Source: a bacterium
Lineage (GTDB): Bacteria > RBG-13-61-14 > DATKZS01
Direction of reading: 5' to 3'
DNA length: 18,560 bases
NCBI GenBank assembly: GCA_046484135.1
Contig: JAWOBU010000184.1
Span: 1-18,560 of the forward strand
The position numbers were made by a program, and so were the translations under genes. Below the pieces are notes generated by a model, which worked only from the letters and a program-made list of their open reading frames with translations, did no database searches and was not told the origin of the DNA. The stretch's first letter is position 1. Each line of letters begins with the position of its first letter. Below, in pieces: positions 1-8,136 of this stretch.

Positions 1-229
1 CGTAAATGCAGCCGGTGTAGAAGTCCACGCCCAGGGCGATAACACCGGGGATGATTCCCACCAGCAGCCAGGCGCAGTCCATAATCAAAACGGGAACGTC
101 AATGTCGTCCGTGCCTCCTTCGTTTCCTTCCCGCTCCGGGTGAAGGATGTAGCCGCATTGCACCGTTGCGAACGCCATCGCAATCACAACAACCACCGCC
201 GCGATTCGAGACTTGAAAAATGTTTTCAT
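1..229 (-). CDS. Small membrane lipoprotein, hypothetical (3' end runs off the window)
   Basis: Manual translation from ATG at 229, preceded by an AGGAGG RBS: MKTFFKSRIAAVVVVIAMAFATVQC-GYILHPEREGNEGGTDDIDVPVLIMDCAWLLVGIIPGVIALGVDFYTGCIY. Signal peptide with lipobox-like TVQC followed by a hydrophobic hairpin. Not in the supplied ORF track. Confidence 0.8.
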   Translation of the reverse strand, partial: MKTFFKSRIAAVVVVIAMAFATVQCGYILHPEREGNEGGTDDIDVPVLIMDCAWLLVGIIPGVIALGVDFYTGCIY

Positions 230-451
230 GATACCCTCCTTCATAAAAGTTCAATAAAAAAATACAACCCCACTGTCTGCCTAAAACCTTTTTTGTTGTT
301 TACAAGCTGATAAGTATATCGTGCAAGCGGCGTAAGCCGCGATTAAACTCTTTCTTGAAGTTTTGATGCGGAAGTGCGCCAGCGCCCGATTACCGCACCC
401 TTCTTCTAATACTCTGAAAAGTTAGTCATCGGGACCGGGCTTGTCAAGGAA

Positions 452-1255
452 TCAGCTTGATTTCTTGGTTGCGGTCTTTTTGGAGGAGGTCTTTTTGCCC
501 TTGGTTTCGCCGAGGCCGGAGACCACGTAGGTCCCGGAGCGGCCGTCGCGGTAGAGCATCAGAAGCCCCTGGTTCTCGGCGTCCTCCAGAAGCTCGGTGA
601 ACATGCGGTAGCCGTAGTAGCTCTCGTCGAAAGAGGGGTCCTTTCTTTTCATGGTGTCCTTGACCATGGAGGCGTAGATGGTGGGCTTGTTCTCCCGCAT
701 AAGCGCGGACACCGAGTCAATGAGGAGCTGGAACCCGCTTCTTTTTTTGTCCGGCAGCTTGGACAGCGCCGCTTCGGTGGTCACCGGCTGAAGGTCCTCG
801 TAGTAGATGAACTCGTCGCAGTTGTCGCGCAGAAGGTCCGACGTGGACCCTCTCATGCCCAGGCCGATCATGTACTTTCCGTTTTCCTTTAACTTGCTCA
901 CGAGCGGCGAGAAGTCCGAGTCTCCGGAGACGATGACAAAGGTGTCTATGTGGGCCTTGGCGCTGGCCAGGTCCATGGCGTCCACCACCAGCCGGATGTC
1001 CGCCGAGTTCTTGCCGGACATCTCCCTTTTCGGTATCTCGATAAGCTCGATGGCCGACTCGTGAAAGCTCCGCTTGTACTCGGGGTACCTGGCCCAGTCA
1101 GCATAAGCGCGCTTTACTATAATCTTGCCCTTCTCCACCAGCCGGGCCAGTATCCGGGCGATGTCGAACTTGTCCTTGGTGCCCTTGAAGCCCAGCGCCA
1201 GGTTCTCGAAATCTATGAACACCGCCAGCCGCGCTTCCCGTTCCGTCATATCCAT
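452..1255 (-). CDS. NYN domain (LabA/DUF88, PIN-like) protein with C-terminal OST-HTH/LOTUS domain
   Basis: Motifs AVFIDFEN, RAYADW, GKNSADIRLVVDAMD, IVSGDSDFSPLV..L.ENGK, CDEFIYY; C-terminal KDPSFDESYYGY..F.ELL typical of OST-HTH; GGAGG RBS upstream. Confidence 0.92.
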   Translation of the reverse strand: MDMTEREARLAVFIDFENLALGFKGTKDKFDIARILARLVEKGKIIVKRAYADWARYPEYKRSFHESAIELIEIPKREMSGKNSADIRLVVDAMDLASAKAHIDTFVIVSGDSDFSPLVSKLKENGKYMIGLGMRGSTSDLLRDNCDEFIYYEDLQPVTTEAALSKLPDKKRSGFQLLIDSVSALMRENKPTIYASMVKDTMKRKDPSFDESYYGYRMFTELLEDAENQGLLMLYRDGRSGTYVVSGLGETKGKKTSSKKTATKKSS

Positions 1256-1411
1256 AATGTGGTATCCTCCGCTTTCTGCTTTCGCTTTATTATTGACTCC
1301 AGGATAACAGATAGACCCGCCGATTGAAAGAAGACTTCTGGAAACGCTGGCTCAAAGACATGCCAGTTCACTACCACCGCATTTTTCAGGAGCGGTACTA
1401 ACCGGAGAGTT

Positions 1412-4400
1412 TCAATGAGATGAATCTTCGCCGAATACCTCGCTCATGACCCGGTCGAGGTCCTCGATGGTAAAGGGCTTTTTCACTGCTTTCATAAAGC
1501 CGTACTCGCGGTGTCTGGCTATAATGGGGTCGTTCGAGTATCCGCTTGCGACCACTGCTTTGACCTGCGGGTCTATTTCGAGGAGCCTCTCCAAGGTTTC
1601 CTTGCCTCCCATTCCGCCGGGCACGGTGAGGTCCAGCATGACCAGATCAAAGGGGGTCCCGGCTTCCATCTCCTTGCGGTAGACCTGGAGAGCTTCGCTT
1701 CCGTCCGAGGTAAGGCGCATCTCGTGGCCGCGCATCTCCAGGTACCTGGCGGCGATATCTCTCACCATGTCGTCGTCGTCCATGACCAGCACCTTCTTGC
1801 CGGTCGGGGGTGTTTCCCTGCCTGCCGGAGCCGGTTCTTCTGTCTCCCGCTCGGAAGAAGCAGGAAGATATATGGTAAAAGCAGTTCCGCGGCCGGGGAG
1901 GGACGAGACCTCGATGTGTCCCTGGTGGCGCCGGACGATCGAGTAGGCGGTGGCAAGGCCCAGGCCGCTTCCTTTCTGCTTGGTGGTGAAGTAAGGATCG
2001 AAAATCTTGTCAATGTATTCCTCCGGTATGCCGGTGCCGTGGTCTTCAAATTTTATGGCCACGTACCTGCCGGCCTCCAGGAGGAGGGACTTTTCCGGGG
2101 GAGACGACAGGTTCCGGGCCGTGATCTCGAGCTTTCCTCCTTCCGGCATGGCGTGGTCCGCGTTAATGACCAGGTTCTGGACGACCTGGGATATCTGCTG
2201 GGGGTCTATGGTAACTGGAAGAAGATCGCCGGGCAGGTTGAACACGGGCATGACGTTGGACCCGCGCAGGTAGAACTTCACCGCTTCGTTTATGAGGTGC
2301 TTTACAGAAGCTGTTTCTGTAACCGGCTCTCCCCCGCGGGCAAAGGTCAAAAGCTGGCGGGTAAGGCCAGTGGCCCTCCGGCAGGCATTTTCCGCCTCGG
2401 CCAGCAACGTGCGCGAGTCGCCGTGCAGCTCTTCCCGCATGGACAACAGGGACAGGTTTCCCCACAGGGCCTGGAGGATGTTGTTGAAGTCATGGGCCAG
2501 GCCGCCCGCCAGCACGCCCAGGGACTCGAGCTTGGCCGTCCGTTGCTGTTCCGCTTCCATCTGCTTTCTCTCCGTTATGTCCCGCGTTACGCCCGTGATC
2601 CATATAACTCCCTCTTCCGGGTCCGGCGTTATATGAACGTGGACTTCTGCGGTAAAGGTTCCGCCGTCTCTCCTGGTGTAATCGAGCTCCAGCTTCCGGG
2701 TTTCGGGAAGCCCTTCTCCTTCCCCGGCCCGCCGCATGACTTCTTCTATCTCTTGATTGACTTTCTTCAATGATTCGGGAGTGAGTATCTCCTCCATGGA
2801 CTGCTGAAGGTGCTCCTCCGCGGTGTAGCCCCGGGCCTTCTCTATGGCAGGGCTTACGTAGATGTTTTTATACTCGCCGTCCCGGATGTAAGACGACCAT
2901 ACTACGTCCGCGGTGTTCTCAGCGATCAGCCGGTACTTGGCTTCGCTCTGCTTCAAGGCCTCCTCTGAGCGCTTTCGCGAAAGTGCGTGAGTAAAGGTCT
3001 GGCCGACCAGGAGAAGAAGAGTCTGGTCGTCCTCGCTCCAGGTGCGCCTCTCCCGGACCGCGTCAAACCCCAGAAAGCCGATGACTTCATCTCCACCGGC
3101 CATCGGTACCACAATAAGGGACTTGATGGCCTGGGCCCGGAAATGCTCTCTTTCCTCTGCCGCTTCCTCCGGCAGGCCGGAGACGTCGGGCACGTGGAAT
3201 ATCTGCATCTTTCGGACATGCTCGTAAAACCAGGGAAGCTCCTTATTAATAGGCACACCTTTCAGGTTTTTGATCTGCGGCTCGATGCCTTCTTCGCACC
3301 ACTCGTGGGTGTTGTCAGCGGCCCATCCTTCCCGGAACATAAACACGTAAGCCCGGTCCGCGCCGGTAAAAGCGCCGATGGATGCCAGGGCCCGGTTGAT
3401 TCCCTGGTCGGTGTCCTTGCCTGCGAGACCCACGAACTCGGACGATATCTCGCTTACGATCCGCTCCAGCTCCAGCCTCCGCGAAAGCCGTTTTTCCGCC
3501 TTTACCCGCTCGGTTATTTCCCGGTAGGAGAATACCCGGGCCGTGACCTCTCCGCCTTTTATTACCGGCCAGGAGTAGCGCTCGAACACCCGGCCGTCTT
3601 TGAACCGAATGATGTCGGAATACTCTTCGTAAGACCGGTTCAGCCATGCCAGGCTTTCTAAAAAGCTCTCCGGGTCCTCTAACTGGTCCTTTACCGCCTC
3701 CTGGAGCTTCCCCCGATCCCCTGTCTGCATGACCTCATCGGGTATCTTCCACATTTTGGCGAACCTTTGATTCGCGAATATCACGGAGCCGTCCACCCCT
3801 CCGCACAGGATGCCGTCGCCCGTGGCCTCCAGGATCATCTGAAGCATGTCCCGGTTTTCCTCTAATGCTTCCTCCATGTGCTTTCTTTCGGTTACGTCCG
3901 TGCTGATCCCCACCATGCCTACAGCTTCGCCGGACTCGTCATGGATAAGCCGGGTGCGGCAGTCCAGAACGTACTCTTTTCCGTCCGCGGTGAAGTTCAC
4001 CACCTCGCCGCGCCACTCTCCCTCGGCAAGAGTGGTCTCAAGGATTTCCTGCTGGCTCGCGCCACGCTCCGGGTCCTCCCCGAAGTTCTCGACATGATTG
4101 CCCACCATCTCGTCCGCGGTTTTTTTGAACGCCCGGCATTCAGCATCGTTCACATAGGTGATGCGGCCGGAGAGGTCGGTGGCTGTAACCATGTCCTGGA
4201 TCTGGTTTAAGAGCATGGCCTGGAAGGAGAGTTGTTGCCGGGCCTTACGCTGCTCGGTAACGTCGCGAACCAGGCCGAAGAAACCCATAATGTTGCCTTC
4301 GCCGTCCCGCAGGTAGAACACGTTGGTCTCGCCCGGAAAGACCTCGCCGGACTTTTTGCGGTAGTTTATGGTGAAGAAGAAGCTGCCCTGCTGAATATTG

Positions 4401-5254
4401 TCGCCGATCATTTCTCCCATTTTCCGGTATTCTTCCTGGCTCTCGTACAGGCTCGCGGTTTTAAGGTCTTTTATCTCGTCGAGCTCGTACCCGAACAGGT
4501 CGGTGAAGGCGGGGTTACAATCAATAATGTTCCGGTTAGTGTCCACAACCAGGATGGCGTCCCTTATGCTGTTAAAAAGTCCGCGATACCTCTGTTCATT
4601 TTTTTGGAGGTCTTCCTGGAGACGGTAGTCCTCGGTGACATCCCGGAATACCAGGACCACGCCGTTTATACGGCCCTCTTCGTCCCGGATGGGCGCGCCC
4701 GAGTCCGCTATCTGGTACTCGCCGCCGTCCGCGGAGATGAGCACGGTGTGGTTGCCGAGTCCCACTACCAGCCCGGTGTCAAGCACCTTTTGAACCGGGC
4801 TCTCCACCTGCTCCCTGGTCCGGCCGTTTATAATATGGAAGACCTCGACAAGAGGGCGCCCGCGAGCCTGTTCGAGGTTCCAGCCGGTAAGCCTTTCCGC
4901 AATCGGGTTCATGCGCACCACCCGGCCTGTCGTGTCGGTGGCGATAACCGCGTCCCCGATGGAGTTCAGGGTGATGCGTAGGTTCTCCTCGTTCTCCCGG
5001 AGCTCTTGGCCGGCCCGCTGGTGCCGGGTGGCGAGCACAGAGGCTATGATCCCGAAGACAACGAACAGGAAAAGAAGGGAAAGCCGGACATAGACCTCGT
5101 GGGCGGGAACATCCAGAATGAGAAGTTCTAAAAAGTCTCCCTTGTAAAAGAACAGGTGATCCAGCAACGAATCAACCACCCAGGCAAGGAGCCAGAAGGC
5201 CAGGGAGACAAGCATGATCCCTCGCCAGGTTCCGGATTTGGGATTGGCAGCCAT
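1412..5254 (-). CDS. Hybrid sensor histidine kinase (2 TM, 4 PAS, GAF, PAS, HisKA, HATPase, receiver)
   Basis: H-box LAGGLAHDFNNIL, N-box QNLVINA, G1 DHGTGI, F-box IFDPYFTTK, G2 GSGLGL; receiver VLVMDDD..MLDL..SGYS..KPF. Five PAS/PAC units end in DVTE/EITE/DITE; GAF has HEWC..LIVVPM..GFLGFD. Start moved from 5287 to ATG 5254 (GGGAGAG RBS). Confidence 0.95.
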   Translation of the reverse strand: MAANPKSGTWRGIMLVSLAFWLLAWVVDSLLDHLFFYKGDFLELLILDVPAHEVYVRLSLLFLFVVFGIIASVLATRHQRAGQELRENEENLRITLNSIGDAVIATDTTGRVVRMNPIAERLTGWNLEQARGRPLVEVFHIINGRTREQVESPVQKVLDTGLVVGLGNHTVLISADGGEYQIADSGAPIRDEEGRINGVVLVFRDVTEDYRLQEDLQKNEQRYRGLFNSIRDAILVVDTNRNIIDCNPAFTDLFGYELDEIKDLKTASLYESQEEYRKMGEMIGDNIQQGSFFFTINYRKKSGEVFPGETNVFYLRDGEGNIMGFFGLVRDVTEQRKARQQLSFQAMLLNQIQDMVTATDLSGRITYVNDAECRAFKKTADEMVGNHVENFGEDPERGASQQEILETTLAEGEWRGEVVNFTADGKEYVLDCRTRLIHDESGEAVGMVGISTDVTERKHMEEALEENRDMLQMILEATGDGILCGGVDGSVIFANQRFAKMWKIPDEVMQTGDRGKLQEAVKDQLEDPESFLESLAWLNRSYEEYSDIIRFKDGRVFERYSWPVIKGGEVTARVFSYREITERVKAEKRLSRRLELERIVSEISSEFVGLAGKDTDQGINRALASIGAFTGADRAYVFMFREGWAADNTHEWCEEGIEPQIKNLKGVPINKELPWFYEHVRKMQIFHVPDVSGLPEEAAEEREHFRAQAIKSLIVVPMAGGDEVIGFLGFDAVRERRTWSEDDQTLLLLVGQTFTHALSRKRSEEALKQSEAKYRLIAENTADVVWSSYIRDGEYKNIYVSPAIEKARGYTAEEHLQQSMEEILTPESLKKVNQEIEEVMRRAGEGEGLPETRKLELDYTRRDGGTFTAEVHVHITPDPEEGVIWITGVTRDITERKQMEAEQQRTAKLESLGVLAGGLAHDFNNILQALWGNLSLLSMREELHGDSRTLLAEAENACRRATGLTRQLLTFARGGEPVTETASVKHLINEAVKFYLRGSNVMPVFNLPGDLLPVTIDPQQISQVVQNLVINADHAMPEGGKLEITARNLSSPPEKSLLLEAGRYVAIKFEDHGTGIPEEYIDKIFDPYFTTKQKGSGLGLATAYSIVRRHQGHIEVSSLPGRGTAFTIYLPASSERETEEPAPAGRETPPTGKKVLVMDDDDMVRDIAARYLEMRGHEMRLTSDGSEALQVYRKEMEAGTPFDLVMLDLTVPGGMGGKETLERLLEIDPQVKAVVASGYSNDPIIARHREYGFMKAVKKPFTIEDLDRVMSEVFGEDSSH

Positions 5255-5365
5255 GATACTCTCCCGGAACGGGTTGGACGGCCGCATCCCTCATAAGGGG
5301 ATATGATCTGAACGGACAAAATGTTAATATACCAGATTTTGAAGGGAGATACCAGACAAAAAAGG

Positions 5366-5498
5366 GGTCTTGACATTTGACATTTGGACAGTATAAAGCC
5401 CATGCTCCCCCTTGCTCCTTTTCCGCTTCCATCCTGCATAACCGCGCTCCACCTTCTGGAAGGGAAGCATTCTCCTCCATATGTCAAATGTCAAGACC
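5366..5498. repeat. Intergenic element with 23-bp inverted arms (22/23 match) and an 87-bp spacer; MITE/REP-like
   Basis: 5366-5388 GGTCTTGACATTTGACATTTGGA versus reverse complement of 5476-5498 GGTCTTGACATTTGACATATGGA. Each arm holds tandem TTGACAT heptamers. Confidence 0.8.
5370..5397 (+). promoter_or_regulatory. Putative sigma-70 promoter whose -35 lies in the left repeat arm
   Basis: TTGACA (5370-5375), 16 nt, TATAAA (5392-5397), facing the receiver genes. Confidence 0.4.
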
Positions 5499-5563
5499 TG
5501 ATCCCCGCTCTACTTGGTTTGAACCTTGCGACAGCCCGTGTTATTGAATTACAATATAGGTTA

Positions 5564-5932
5564 ATGGCTGGCGAAAAGATACTGGTCATCGAGGACAGCC
5601 CTTCCATGCTGGAGATGATAAAGGACGCCTTACGGGACGAGGGGTATGAGTCCTGGACTGCTTCGGACGGGTTCCAGGCCCTGCGCGACCTGGAAGAGAT
5701 TGATCCGGACCTTATCATCACTGACATAAACATGCCCAAGGTGGACGGACTCGAGTTTTGCGAGGCCATCCGGGGAAGGCTGGAGACCAGGGACATTCCC
5801 TTTATATTTCTTTCTGCCGTAACGGATGAGAACACCGTACAAAAGGGCAGAAAGATAGGAGCGGAGTACTTTATAGCCAAGCCTTTCAAGAAGGAAGACC
5901 TTATAAACACGGTAAAGCGGGTGCTGGAATAA
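5564..5932 (+). CDS. Single-domain response regulator (CheY-like receiver), 122 aa
   Basis: KILVIEDS, PDLIITDINMPKVDG, FIFLSA, FIAKPF. Start at ATG 5564 chosen by alignment to the adjacent paralogue. Confidence 0.92.
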   Translation: MAGEKILVIEDSPSMLEMIKDALRDEGYESWTASDGFQALRDLEEIDPDLIITDINMPKVDGLEFCEAIRGRLETRDIPFIFLSAVTDENTVQKGRKIGAEYFIAKPFKKEDLINTVKRVLE

Positions 5933-6009
5933 AGGCTTGCTCGCGGCTCCCTTGATTCGTGGGTTTTTCGGGGGGTGTCGCCTGCATCTGGAAAGATTGG
6001 AGAAGTTCC

Positions 6010-6378
6010 ATGAGCGGCAAAAAGATCATGCTGGTGGAAGACAGTCCTGCCATTATCGAGGTCATAGAAGAGAACCTCAGCAAGGCGGGCTACGAGGTAT
6101 ACCCGGTTTACAACGGATTCGAGGCCTTGCGGGACCTGGAGGACATACAGCCGGACCTTATTATCACCGACCTCAACATGCCCAAGCTGGACGGCCTGAA
6201 GCTCTGCTGGGGCATCCAGAACCGGGACGAGACCAGGGAGATACCCTTTATAATCCTCTCGTCCAATATTGACGACGAGACCGTGCAGAAAGGCAAGGAG
6301 CTGGGGGCCCGCTACTTTATCTCCAAGCCCTTCGAGATCAAGACCGTGCTCGACTGCGTCCGGAAATCCCTGGAGTAG
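6010..6378 (+). CDS. Single-domain response regulator (CheY-like receiver), 122 aa
   Basis: KIMLVEDS, PDLIITDLNMPKLDG, FIILSS, FISKPF; GGAG RBS before ATG 6010. Confidence 0.93.
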   Translation: MSGKKIMLVEDSPAIIEVIEENLSKAGYEVYPVYNGFEALRDLEDIQPDLIITDLNMPKLDGLKLCWGIQNRDETREIPFIILSSNIDDETVQKGKELGARYFISKPFEIKTVLDCVRKSLE

Positions 6379-6382
6379 AAAA

Positions 6383-7405
6383 TCACTCCTCTTTTTCCTG
6401 CCTGCCGAGCGAGATCAGGTTGTCGGAGTCCATGACCATCCGGATCTTGTCCGGCAGGTCCTCCGGGTACTTCTCCCGCGGCTCGGGAACATGCGGCGCG
6501 GTCTCGACCCGCGAGCTCATGAGAAGCGCCACCTTGCCCTCCACCAGGCAGTGGTCAACCAGGTCAAAGTAAACCACTCCCCTGCCCGTGATCCGGGCCA
6601 GGTAGGTCCCTTCTTCTCCTTCCGGGACCTCGAGGTCTTCCATTTTTATCTCGTGAACAAGCCGGGCGCAGCGGCGGCCGTCTATGGTTACGAACTTGTC
6701 CAGGGTGACAGTGTCCGTGCCGGTTATGGGGAGGTCCTTGCCCATCACCTGTAATGGGGCCTCCATGTCAATACTTGAGCTCTCCCCCGCGGAGAGCTCG
6801 TCCGCCGGCATCCGGATCATGATCTCCATGGAGATGTCCAACTCGCCCGAGTCCGCGGAGGGACTGCCGTCATGGTTGATCCCTTTTACAGTCTTGTCGG
6901 GCAGGTCCTGCTTGGCGGTGGCCGGGGGCTTTCCCTCTTTGCCTTCCCGCCTCATCTTGAGCGTAAGGCCTTTGAGCACCATGTCCGCTTTATTCGACTT
7001 CCGGCTTTTCAAAAGCATGTCGCCTTTCGTGGAGACCGTCTGGCTCATCTCCTGGCCGGTGGTCGAGATAGAGGAGTCTATGCCGGCTTTCAGCTCGTAG
7101 TCGTAGCCGTAAACCCGCGAGCCGGAAAAATCCCACCGCAAAAGAAAATCATCGGCAGGAGCTTCGGCCTCCGGATATTCGGACTTGCCGACCTCGGACT
7201 CGTAGGAGGAAGAATCCGGCATCGGAGGAATGGGGCCCTGCGGCTCCTTATACCTACTGCCCAGAAAGCCGGAGTCCGTAAAACCCGCACCATCGTTCTC
7301 ACAAACATCTCGCGCATCCTGCCCGCCGCCGGAAAAGACCAAAAAACCCAAAACAAGAACAGAAGCCAAAGCCGAACTCAAGTGAGTGATCCGGTAAGGT
7401 CCCAT
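6383..7405 (-). CDS. Exported or membrane-anchored hypothetical protein, beta-strand-rich C-terminal domain
   Basis: 340-aa ORF with strong RBS (GGGAGGGAGG), N-terminal hydrophobic segment (SALASVLVLGFLVFS), Pro/Ser/Glu linker, then alternating beta-strand patterns ending in G.G.VYFDL..H.LV. Confidence 0.75.
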   Translation of the reverse strand: MGPYRITHLSSALASVLVLGFLVFSGGGQDARDVCENDGAGFTDSGFLGSRYKEPQGPIPPMPDSSSYESEVGKSEYPEAEAPADDFLLRWDFSGSRVYGYDYELKAGIDSSISTTGQEMSQTVSTKGDMLLKSRKSNKADMVLKGLTLKMRREGKEGKPPATAKQDLPDKTVKGINHDGSPSADSGELDISMEIMIRMPADELSAGESSSIDMEAPLQVMGKDLPITGTDTVTLDKFVTIDGRRCARLVHEIKMEDLEVPEGEEGTYLARITGRGVVYFDLVDHCLVEGKVALLMSSRVETAPHVPEPREKYPEDLPDKIRMVMDSDNLISLGRQEKEE

Positions 7406-7570
7406 GACAGCCTCCCTCCCCTTCGCTTTTTCCTGATTCTTCCATCATAACAGATAAAAAAGGCCGCGGAAAAGACGAAGAACCCAAAAACCCGGCCCCG
7501 TTTATGAATCAATAAGCTTTATTTGCGGGCCGAGAGGTGGGGGGTTATGTTGTATTTTTTGCAAAACTCC

Positions 7571-7598
7571 TTGACACCCCCGGGGGCGTGCATATAAT
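7571..7598 (+). promoter_or_regulatory. Consensus sigma-70 promoter for the GMC unit
   Basis: Exact TTGACA (7571-7576), 16 nt, exact TATAAT (7593-7598), about 80 nt upstream of ATG 7677. Confidence 0.75.
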
Positions 7599-7676
7599 AA
7601 TTTTGTAAAATCAACAATTTACCTGACAATGGAGTACAGTTTTCCGAACTCCCTGCTTTGGGAAGGAGTGTACGTC

Positions 7677-8102
7677 ATGGAAGACGAAGAGAGCACCGGT
7701 TTCAGCGAGACCACGGTGGAGACGTTAAAGAGCTTCATCCTGGCGGTGGTGCACGACTTTGTGGATGAAGAAGACAAGCCGGACCTGGACCGGGTGGTGC
7801 GCGAGCTTGATCTTTATTTCGGCCGGATGCCTTCGCTTTATCGTTCCGGTATCATCTGGCTTTTGCGGGCGCTGGAGGCTTCGCCGTTTATGATGGGTCA
7901 TCGGCGCCGGTTTTCCAAGCTGGGCCGGGAGGACCAGATAAAGATACTGAGCAGCTTTGAAAACAGCGGCAACTACATCCAGCGGGCGAGCAGCCTCATG
8001 CTCAAGACGTCGGTGCTGATCGTGTATCTTTCCGAGCCGGCGGTGGAGCGGGCTTTGGGCTACGACCACGAGTGCCTGCTCTCGCATGAAGAGGCCGGCT
8101 GA
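7677..8102 (+). CDS. Gluconate 2-dehydrogenase subunit-3-like small partner of GMC oxidoreductase
   Basis: Helical 141-aa protein with RRFSKLGREDQIKILSSFENS..LK..VLIVYL..P.V..ALGY pattern, directly upstream of a GMC gene. GAAGGAG RBS before ATG 7677. Confidence 0.65.
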   Translation: MEDEESTGFSETTVETLKSFILAVVHDFVDEEDKPDLDRVVRELDLYFGRMPSLYRSGIIWLLRALEASPFMMGHRRRFSKLGREDQIKILSSFENSGNYIQRASSLMLKTSVLIVYLSEPAVERALGYDHECLLSHEEAG

Positions 8103-8136
8103 TGTTCCGGCGTTGCGCACGGCAGGGAGGACTCGA

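Noticed and set aside
322..340. Sigma-54-like sequence (minus strand GCTTACGCCGCTTGCA) upstream of the first gene
   Set aside because: Lacks the invariant -24 GG. It is better explained as a small GCGGC-GTAA-GCCGC hairpin with no U-tract.
452..1255. NYN nuclease as a toxin-antitoxin or defence component
   Set aside because: Common stand-alone LabA/DUF88 + OST-HTH architecture with no antitoxin or defence neighbours.
1350..1366. TGGCATGTCTTTGAG upstream of the NYN gene (minus strand)
   Set aside because: No GC at the -12 position and spacing is off by one.
1511..2773. 420-aa plus-strand ORF (and 2987-3661, 4232-4981)
   Set aside because: Antisense shadows of the histidine kinase; no recognisable motifs; expected in GC-rich coding DNA.
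5384..5563. 60-aa N-terminal extension of the first receiver
   Set aside because: Runs through the inverted-repeat element; the paralogue alignment begins at 5564.
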